Shown in pieces: positions 49,052 to 56,239 of a DNA stretch of 64,000 nt. The stretch comes from Alphaproteobacteria bacterium. Its GTDB lineage: Bacteria; Pseudomonadota; Alphaproteobacteria; UBA828. Position numbers and translations under genes: made by a program. Numbering within the stretch: the first letter of the stretch is position 1; each line of letters starts with the position of its first letter. The stretch is from contig CBDCRW010000003.1 of assembly GCA_965221125.1 (NCBI GenBank), positions 224,001-288,000 of the forward strand, given 5' to 3'. The notes beneath the pieces are model-generated. The model saw nothing but the letters and a program-made list of their open reading frames with translations. It had not been told where the DNA came from and ran no database searches.

Positions 49052-51328
49052 TTACAGCGGGCGGGCGAAGCGATCGTCTTCCCTGTCCATAGCGTGAGCC
49101 ACGGCTTCGAGGATCATGAGGAGGTCTTGAGGCGAAAGCGTCCCGGCTTCGCGCAGCATCCCGAGCAGGACCTGCCGGGCGACGGGGTGGCGGCGACAGG
49201 CCTGGTTCAGGGTGTCCGTGAAGCCGCCCTCCACGATCGTCTTCATGGCCTGTTCGAAGAGGGCGCCTTGCCCGCACCCTGCGACGCCGTCGAGAGCTGC
49301 GCCACGCACCGATGCCGAGGGATCGCGCAAGCCGCCGACGGTCCTTTCGGGATGAGTTGTGGCCACCGCCTTCAACGCAGCGGCACGCACGCCGTCGTCG
49401 GGATCATCGAGCAGCGGAGCGAGGTGGAGACCCGCGTCTCCCCGTGCGGAGAGCGCGCGCGCGGCGGCCGCCCGCACAGACGGATCGCCGTCCTGCAATG
49501 CCTCGACGGCAATTTCGGTCAGATCGGATGAGAGGGGCATCGCGGCGGCGCGCCGGGCGATTGCCTCGAAGGCGGCGGTGCGCAACGCGGGTACCGTCGA
49601 GGCCGCCGCCTCCAGCAGCGCCTCCTCGATCCCGTCGCCTGCGCATTCGGCCGTCAGTCGCAGCGCGACCACTCGAAGGTCCTGGCTGAAGTGGTCGGGT
49701 CCCTCGACCGCCACTCGTCCGGGGCGAATTTTCGGCGCGGGCTTGGACGGCCGTCCGCCATCGTCCGAGGGGGCCGCCGCGGCACCGGGCTGGGCTGGCG
49801 AAAGCACACGCCCGCCGATCGCATCGAGGGTCGAACGGGGATACGCCGGCTCCGTCTCATCAGTGCCCGAAGCCTCGTCATCGGGGCCGGAGGACGGCGG
49901 CGTCAGAGTGGGGGATGTCCCGTCGTCCGGCGCCGCGGCTTCCGCCTTTCCATCGTGGTGCCTCGCAGCCACCTCGGGCGCGGGCGTGCCGTCGCGCCCG
50001 TTGCTTGCCTCCTCAGACGGCTCAGGCACGAGAGACCCGCGCACGGCATCGGTCAACACCGCGCGCGATCGATCCGCCACATCCCCCGCTGCGCTTCCGC
50101 TCAGCTCGACAAGCGCGGCGAGCGCCGCAAGCCTCACCTGCCGGGCGCGATCCACGGCCGCGCGGCTGAGCGCGTCGACACTCTCTTGCGTCTCGATCCC
50201 GCCCAGGGAGCGCAGGGCGGCAATCCTGACCTCGGGGTGCCGCTCGGTGTCCTCGGCCGCCTCGCAGAGCGCACTCTGAGAACGTGTGCCGGCCAGCGTC
50301 GGCAGCACCGCCGCGCAAACCGTCGCCAGGGGAGCAGCGGCGGTGCGCAGCCATGCCTCCACGTTGGCGACGAGATCGGGCTCGTCACTGCCCGCAGGTT
50401 CGCTTCCGCGCGCTTCCAGCGCAGGTTCGCTTCCGCGCGCTTCCAGCGCAGGTTCGCTTCCGCGCGCTTCCAGCGCGACGGCGCGCACCGCCTCGTCCGG
50501 GTCGCGGAGGGCGGATCGCCAGACGTCCGCGCGTACCGGCGCGGCCCGCGCCAGCGCGGCGCAGCGCACGGCGGCGTCCGGATCGTTCGACGCAAGGGCG
50601 GCGAGCGTCTCGTCGCCTTCGTCGAAGCAATCGATGGCGAGGCGGCGCACGTCCGGGCTCGGGTCTCGAACCAGCGCCTCGCGCAAGGGTGCCAGCGCGT
50701 CGCGCCCGACGGTGGACAATGCAGCCAGGGCGCGCTCGCGGACGCGCGCCCCTTTGTGCTCAAGGAAGCCGTGCAGCGCCGGAACGCCGCGTGCCGGCAG
50801 TCGCGCGAGCGTGGAGAACACGACGTGGTCCAGGTCCTGGCCCTCCTCGTCCTCCCGAATTTCGATCAGATCGTCGACCGCCTCGTCTGCACCGATGGCG
50901 CCGAGCGCCTCGATCGCGGCCACCTGCACATCGAGCCAGTCGTCCCATCCACCGTCCAGCTCCTCCCAAGCAACCTCTGCTTCGCACCGGCTCCGCGCCA
51001 GCGCACGCAGGAGCCCGACCGAAGACACGTCCTTCAGCCGGGCCAGCGCCCGAATGGCCGCCATCTTGACCTCTCCCACGGGGTCGCCCGCGAGCGAGCG
51101 GCGGATGGCGGGCGCGTCCTCAGGCCGGGCGCAGCGCGCGAGCGCGTCCATCGCGTCCGCGCGGAGGTCCGGGTCCGGGTCGCTGAGCACGCCCACCAGC
51201 GACGCCGCGGCGCTCTCACCGCCCAGCGCACCGAGCGCGCGCGCGGCGGCGCAGCGGACGACGTCGTCCGACGCGGCGAGGTAGGGCGCGATGGTCTGTG
51301 CGGGATCGATGTCGGAGGCCGCGCGCGC
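49052..51328 (-). CDS. HEAT-repeat protein; start codon uncertain (first GTG at 51196, reading frame open to 51328)
   Basis: Many DPDxxVRxAAxxAL repeats; directly downstream of and in frame with the idrA 3' end. Confidence 0.82.
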   Translation of the reverse strand, partial: ARAASDIDPAQTIAPYLAASDDVVRCAAARALGALGGESAAASLVGVLSDPDPDLRADAMDALARCARPEDAPAIRRSLAGDPVGEVKMAAIRALARLKDVSSVGLLRALARSRCEAEVAWEELDGGWDDWLDVQVAAIEALGAIGADEAVDDLIEIREDEEGQDLDHVVFSTLARLPARGVPALHGFLEHKGARVRERALAALSTVGRDALAPLREALVRDPSPDVRRLAIDCFDEGDETLAALASNDPDAAVRCAALARAAPVRADVWRSALRDPDEAVRAVALEARGSEPALEARGSEPALEARGSEPAGSDEPDLVANVEAWLRTAAAPLATVCAAVLPTLAGTRSQSALCEAAEDTERHPEVRIAALRSLGGIETQESVDALSRAAVDRARQVRLAALAALVELSGSAAGDVADRSRAVLTDAVRGSLVPEPSEEASNGRDGTPAPEVAARHHDGKAEAAAPDDGTSPTLTPPSSGPDDEASGTDETEPAYPRSTLDAIGGRVLSPAQPGAAAAPSDDGGRPSKPAPKIRPGRVAVEGPDHFSQDLRVVALRLTAECAGDGIEEALLEAAASTVPALRTAAFEAIARRAAAMPLSSDLTEIAVEALQDGDPSVRAAAARALSARGDAGLHLAPLLDDPDDGVRAAALKAVATTHPERTVGGLRDPSASVRGAALDGVAGCGQGALFEQAMKTIVEGGFTDTLNQACRRHPVARQVLLGMLREAGTLSPQDLLMILEAVAHAMDREDDRFARPL
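50394..50474. repeat. Three perfect 27-bp tandem repeats (ALEARGSEP x3) in the HEAT gene
   Basis: gcaggttcgcttccgcgcgcttccagc x3. Confidence 0.95.
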
Positions 51329-51614
51329 TCAGGCGATGTCGCGGCGCGCGAACGACATGGAGCGGTACTGGCGCTTGTAGGGGCTTTCGCCCAGACGCCG
51401 GACCCGTCCCACGCCCATCTTGTAGTTGTAGTTGCCGCTGATCCAGTCGACCACGCGGCCCACTAGCGAGTTTGCCGGCTGGCTGGTGTGCAGGAAGTCC
51501 ATGTAGCCGACGCCCTTCTTGATCGCCGGCGTGACGATGGCGACGGCGGTGATCGCCGCGCGCGTCAACTCGATATGTCCGTCGCGCAGCAGCGAGGCAA
51601 AATCGAAGTCGTCG
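51329..51614 (-). pseudogene. idrA: 3' fragment of the interrupted idrA/aioA-like gene
   Basis: DDFDFASLLRDGHIELTRAAITAVAIVTPAIKKG...PANSLVGRVVDWISGNYNYKMGVG; joins in frame to the 5' part once the element is removed. Confidence 0.85.
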
Positions 51615-51764
51615 CCTTTGTTGTTTTCCGGTCTAGCCGGATAGAAGCACGGGTTTTTTTCTCACTTTGATTGGTTGGTGGATTTCCCGGGATGGTGGCC
51701 GAGTGCGGGAAGGACGCTGCCTGCGGCATTTTTTTGATCCTCAGCAGAATCCTCATTGCTGTTG

Positions 51765-51898
51765 AAGCTGTGGAGCGGTGGGCGCGAGATCGGCGAGTGT
51801 GGTCAGGCGGTGGGCAAGCGCCAGCTTGTCCACGGGCTGTCCACACGGTCCGCAGGACGCCGATCGGTCCGCAGGACGCGTCCACGGCTCCACAGCTT
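51765..51898. other. Nested multi-stem structure in the transposon left non-coding region
   Basis: AAGCTGTGGAGCGGTGG pairs with CCACGGCTCCACAGCTT; inner stem 51797-51846; two CGGTCCGCAGGACGC direct repeats. Confidence 0.75.
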
Positions 51899-51987
51899 GG
51901 CGGCGGCGGGGAGCGTCCGTAATCTTGGCCTCTCACTGAACGACAAAGAGAGGCCCGGGGGACGGAACTCCCGCCGGGCCAGGGCCG

Positions 51988-52623
51988 GTGCAGCTTCGCT
52001 ACGAAACGGGGCTCACCAGCGAGGAATACGTTAAGACCGAGGCGTGGCGCGACGCAAGGCTTGAGCGCTGCCCGAATCACCCGCACGGCGGATGTTCTGT
52101 GGCAAGCCACGGCACCTACGAGCGGAAGACCCCGCCCGGCGCAAGGGTTCCTCGCTGGTATTGCCGTGAGAGCCATACGACCATCGGCCTGCTGGCCGAC
52201 TGTCTGGCGGCGCGGCTGCCGGGCACGCTCGATGCGCTGGAAGCGGTTGTTGTCGTGGCGGAGGAGGCCGGCAGCCTGGAGGAGGCAGCGGACGAGGTGC
52301 GCTGCCCCGAGGACGAGGACGCCATCGAGCTTCCCGGCGCCGTGCGTTGGATCCGCCGCAGGCTGAAGCTTGTGCACGACGCGCTTGTGCGCGTCATCGG
52401 CCTGATCCCCGACCTGCTCGCGGGCTGCGCGCCCACCATGAGCGCGGTGCGCGAGCGTCTGAAGAGCGACAGCGCGTTGATGGAACTGCGCGGCCTGGTC
52501 GCCGGGCAGCTCCGGACGCTACCCGCGCCTCTGGGCTTCCAACCCCACGGCATCGACGTGGGGAATCGCAAACCGCAGTTCCAACAACGGGCGGGGCCGG
52601 ACCCGCCGCCGGAGAGTTCGTAG
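51988..52623 (+). CDS. Transposon-encoded Cys/His (Zn-ribbon-like) protein, DUF6431-like
   Basis: CPNHPHGGC..HGTYER...RWYC..SHTTIGLLADCL; first gene of the element operon. Confidence 0.65.
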   Translation: MQLRYETGLTSEEYVKTEAWRDARLERCPNHPHGGCSVASHGTYERKTPPGARVPRWYCRESHTTIGLLADCLAARLPGTLDALEAVVVVAEEAGSLEEAADEVRCPEDEDAIELPGAVRWIRRRLKLVHDALVRVIGLIPDLLAGCAPTMSAVRERLKSDSALMELRGLVAGQLRTLPAPLGFQPHGIDVGNRKPQFQQRAGPDPPPESS

Positions 52624-52668
52624 CGTGACGATCCCGGGGCCAGGGAGTCCCTGAACGAGGATCGCACC

Positions 52669-53997
52669 ATGAACAGCTCAGACGACGACCTTCGCCAACA
52701 GATCGCGCTCTTCCGATACGACGTCATCGCCGATCTGGTGCATCTGCCCGTGGGTGCACCGGGTGCCGGCGCGATGATGCGCGCCAAAGCCGAGAAGACC
52801 TACACGATCCCCGGAACCACCAGGACCCGGGTCGCCGCCGAGACCATGCGGCGCTGGATCAAGGACTACCGCTACGGCGGCTTCGACGCGCTCTACCCCA
52901 AGCCCCGCACCGACCGGGGGAAGCCCCGGCGGCTGCCGCCCGAGGTCGCCGAGCGCCTCATCGCGCTGAAGACCGAGAACGACGCATTGTCGGTTCGCGC
53001 CATCATCCAGAAGGTCAAGGAGGAGGGTATCGACCACCCGCTCGCCTCGTCCACCGTGCACCGCCTCTTCAGCCGCGAGGGCCTGTTCGACAAGAAGCCG
53101 CCCGACGGGGCGGATCGCCGCCGCTTCGCCTTCCGGCATGCCGGCGAGATGTGGATGAGCGACGTCATGCACGGACCCAAGGTCCGGCACGGCCGAACCC
53201 GGCGCAAGACCTACCTGATCGCCTTCATCGACGACGCCACCCGCGTCATCCCGTTCGCCGCCTTCGCCATGGCGGAGAACACTGCGGCGTTCCTGCCGGT
53301 GTTCAAGGACGCGCTGATCCGGCGCGGCCTCCCGGCCCGCTTGTACGTCGACAACGGAAGCGCCTACCGCTCCCGTCATCTCTCCCTGGTCTGCGCCAGG
53401 CTCGGCGTTGCGTTGATTCACGCAAGGGCGTTCCAGCCAGCGGGAAAGGGTAAGATCGAGCGCTTCTTCCGCACCCTCCGGGCCGGCTGGCTCCGCCACC
53501 TCGGCGATGACGTCGACAGCCTGGAGGCGCTCAACCGCAGCCTCTGGGCCTGGATCGAGGGGGAGTATCACAACAGCCCGCATCGTGGCCTCGACGAGGG
53601 GCGCACCCCGCTTGAGCAGTGGGCGCTGGCCTCGGCCGGCGTGCGCTATCCCGACGCCACCATGGACCTCGACGATCTGTTCCTCTTCGAGGCCAGGCGC
53701 CGTGTCTACAAGGACCGCACCGTTAGTCTGAACGGCCGCGTCTACGAGGTCGACGCCCTCCTGGTGGGTCAGAACGTCATCCTGCGCTACGACCCGGCCG
53801 CGCCGCCCTCGCGCCCTCTCGACGTGGTCCATGACGGCAAGCCGGCCGGCAAGGCCAGCCCTCTCGACGCCTACGCCAATACCGCCGTCAGGCGCACCTA
53901 CCCGGCCAGGGAGATCGAGGCCGAAGATCCGGCGCCCGAGCCTCCGCCCTCGCCGCTGGCCATGCGCAACCTCAAGGACAAGAAGGAGGACGAGTGA
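52669..53997 (+). CDS. DDE transposase/integrase (rve; Mu/TnsB/IS481-like)
   Basis: HTH region, WMSD, YVDNG, GKIERFFRT, YHNSPH, C-terminal VSLNGRVYEV. Confidence 0.93.
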   Translation: MNSSDDDLRQQIALFRYDVIADLVHLPVGAPGAGAMMRAKAEKTYTIPGTTRTRVAAETMRRWIKDYRYGGFDALYPKPRTDRGKPRRLPPEVAERLIALKTENDALSVRAIIQKVKEEGIDHPLASSTVHRLFSREGLFDKKPPDGADRRRFAFRHAGEMWMSDVMHGPKVRHGRTRRKTYLIAFIDDATRVIPFAAFAMAENTAAFLPVFKDALIRRGLPARLYVDNGSAYRSRHLSLVCARLGVALIHARAFQPAGKGKIERFFRTLRAGWLRHLGDDVDSLEALNRSLWAWIEGEYHNSPHRGLDEGRTPLEQWALASAGVRYPDATMDLDDLFLFEARRRVYKDRTVSLNGRVYEVDALLVGQNVILRYDPAAPPSRPLDVVHDGKPAGKASPLDAYANTAVRRTYPAREIEAEDPAPEPPPSPLAMRNLKDKKEDE

Positions 53998-54797
53998 TGT
54001 ACCTGCGCCACTTCGCCTTCACCCGCCTGCCCTTCGAGACCCCGGCAGAGACCGACGAGCTGTTCGAGTCCAACGCGCGCCGCGAGGCCGAGGCCAGGCT
54101 CGGCCACCTCATCGACCTGCGCGGCATCGGCCTGCTCACCGGCGAGGTGGGCTCCGGCAAGACCACCGTGTGCCGGCATCTGACCGCGCAGCTTCATCCA
54201 GGCCTCTACCGGGTCCACTACGTCTCGCTGACCACGGGCAACGTGCTCGACATGTACAAGGCGATCGCGTGGGAGATCGGCCTGCCCATCGAGCGCTCCC
54301 GCGCCTCGGCCTATCAGGCCATCCGAAACGAGATCTCCCGCCTCGTCACCGAGGCCAAGCAGCTGCCGGTCCTCGTCATCGACGAGGCCCATCATCTGCG
54401 CAACGACGTCCTTGAGGACCTGCGCCTGCTCACCAACTTCGCCATGGATGCAGAGCAGCGCCTGTGCCTCGTCCTCGTCGGTCTGACCGAGCTCAGGCGC
54501 CGCCTGGCCATGGCCATGCACGAATCCCTCAGCCAGCGCCTCGTCGTCCGCCACCACCTGAGCGGTCTCGACCGCGACGAGGTCGACGCTTACATCAAGC
54601 ACCGCCTCAGGCTCGCGGGATGCGAACTGCCGCTGTTCGAAGAGCCCGCCGTCGAGGCCCTGTTCCAGGGCGCGCGCGGCCTGCCGCGCCAGATCAACCG
54701 CATCGCCCACTACGCGCTCTCCGCCGCCGCTCTCGACGAGGCGAGGACCGTCAGTGCCGACCACCTGCAGCACGCGCTCGAGGAACTGCGGCCATGA
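53994..54797 (+). CDS. ExeA-type AAA+ ATPase (transposition helper, TnsC/MuB-like role)
   Basis: YLRHFAFTRLPF, Walker A GEVGSGKT, Walker B LVIDEAH, GLPRQIN; overlaps the transposase stop. Confidence 0.9.
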   Translation: MMYLRHFAFTRLPFETPAETDELFESNARREAEARLGHLIDLRGIGLLTGEVGSGKTTVCRHLTAQLHPGLYRVHYVSLTTGNVLDMYKAIAWEIGLPIERSRASAYQAIRNEISRLVTEAKQLPVLVIDEAHHLRNDVLEDLRLLTNFAMDAEQRLCLVLVGLTELRRRLAMAMHESLSQRLVVRHHLSGLDRDEVDAYIKHRLRLAGCELPLFEEPAVEALFQGARGLPRQINRIAHYALSAAALDEARTVSADHLQHALEELRP

Positions 54798-55834
54798 CCG
54801 GCTTCCCGACCCGCGCCCCGATCGAGCTGGAGGAGCGGCCGCGCGAGCAGCAATGGCTGGTGGACACGCTATGGGGCGAGCAGGCCGTCGGCATCGTCGG
54901 CGGCGAGCCGAAGTGCGGCAAGTCCATCCTGGCGCTGGACCTCGCGGTCGCAGTCGCCGCCGGCGTCCCATGCCTGCGGCACTTCGCCCCGGCCCGGCCT
55001 GGCCCGGTCCTGCTGTTCGCCGCAGAAGACGCCGGCCACCTCGTGCGCAAGCGCCTGCAGGGGATCGCCCGCGCCGCAGGCGCCCGCTTCGAGACCCTCG
55101 ACATCGCCGTCATCGACGTGCCCACACTGCGCCTCGACCATCTCGACGACCGCCGCCGCCTGCAGCAGACCGTGGAGCGCATCGCACCGCGCCTCGTGGT
55201 CCTCGACCCCCTGGTCCGCCTGCACGGCGTGGACGAGAACACGGTTGCGGACGTCGCCCCGATCCTCGGCTTCCTGCGCGACCTGCAACGCCGCTTCGAG
55301 ACCGCCGTCCTCCTCGTCCACCACGCCCGCAAGAGCGGGGCCACGAGGCCGGGGCAGGCCCTGCGGGGCAGCAGTGAGCTGCACGCCTGGGGGGACTCGA
55401 ACCTCTACCTGCGCCGCCGGGACCGGCAGACCCTCATGACCGTCGAGCATCGCGCCGCACGCGGTCTCGACGACATCGAGATCGAGCTCAAGGAAGACGG
55501 AGAGGAGCCCTCCTTCCGGCTGCGCCAGCCGCCCACGGCCGGCGGCGGGGCGCCTCAGCCCGAAACACCCGAATGCCGCGTTCTCAAGGCGCTCGCCGAC
55601 GCCGGGGCGCCGCTCTCGCAACGCCAGATCCGGGAACGCGCCGCGACCCGGCACAAGACCGTCGGCGTAATCTTGCAAAAGCTCGTCCAGGAGGGTCGCG
55701 TCGCGCGCAACGCCGAGGGCGGCTACAGCGTCGTCGCAGGCGCAGCGGACAAGCGGGCGGCGGCCGCCGCCGCCAACGGCAGCAGTCGGCCGCAGGCCCC
55801 GCGGTTCCCGGAGCCCGGTTCCGCCAACGCCTAG
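54794..55834 (+). CDS. RecA-fold AAA_25/RepA-like helicase with C-terminal winged-helix-like region
   Basis: WLVDTLW, GEPKCGKS, AAED, LVVLDP, VDEN, LVHHARK and LRGSS motifs; ATGA overlap with the ATPase stop. Confidence 0.85.
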   Translation: MTGFPTRAPIELEERPREQQWLVDTLWGEQAVGIVGGEPKCGKSILALDLAVAVAAGVPCLRHFAPARPGPVLLFAAEDAGHLVRKRLQGIARAAGARFETLDIAVIDVPTLRLDHLDDRRRLQQTVERIAPRLVVLDPLVRLHGVDENTVADVAPILGFLRDLQRRFETAVLLVHHARKSGATRPGQALRGSSELHAWGDSNLYLRRRDRQTLMTVEHRAARGLDDIEIELKEDGEEPSFRLRQPPTAGGGAPQPETPECRVLKALADAGAPLSQRQIRERAATRHKTVGVILQKLVQEGRVARNAEGGYSVVAGAADKRAAAAAANGSSRPQAPRFPEPGSANA

Positions 55835-55864
55835 GGGTTCGAGCCGGAACCGCCGTCGGGAACC
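55803..55864. repeat. Inverted GGTTCC/GGAACC repeats around CCTAGG at the helicase stop
   Basis: GGTTCCCGGAGCCCGGTTCCG-ccaacg-CCTAGG-ggttcgagc-CGGAACCGCCGTCGGGAACC. Confidence 0.7.
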
Positions 55865-56239
55865 ACCCTTCCCCAACGGTCCGGAAGGCGCTGCGCCTCC
55901 ACCGGGATACTACGTCAGGTGAGCGGCCAGTCCGTGGCCGGAAGCTTGCTTCAGGCCATGGCAGCACTTCGTCGTGTGGACGGTGGCGAGTCACCCGAAG
56001 GGCCGAAGCGAAGCGCAGGAGCGGCGCAGCCGCTTGACGCGCCGACGGCCGCGCGACACCTCGTCAGCTCTCCTCAAGCACCAGTCCAAACCTCAATCAG
56101 ACAGCGACCCCGGACCGCCCGCAGAGACCATGAGCTCCTACGCTTCGATCCGGAAAAGACCGAGCAATCTGGGAAATCAGGGCAGCGATCACGTCAAATA
56201 ATCTGGGAGATTCGGCGTCAAATAACGTGCGAAACAACA

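Larger units (their letters stand above)
51619..56239 (+). mobile_element. 4,621-bp four-gene DDE transposon with TGTTGTTT terminal IRs and 4-bp CCTT target duplication
   Basis: CCTT(51615-51618)|TGTTGTTTTCCG...CGAAACAACA|CCTT(56240-56243); repeated CGTCAAATAA and AATCTGGGA units at the right end. Confidence 0.93.

Noticed and set aside
51329-51331. Selenocysteine recoding of the TGA between idrA and the HEAT gene
   Set aside because: The codon is at the expected protein C-terminus, not a Cys-equivalent site, and no convincing SECIS hairpin follows.
53994-54797. Type II secretion ExeA/GspA
   Set aside because: No secretion genes or peptidoglycan-binding domain; coupled to a transposase inside element ends.
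51619-56239. CRISPR-associated transposon or prophage
   Set aside because: No cas, tniQ, array, capsid or terminase genes within or near the ends.
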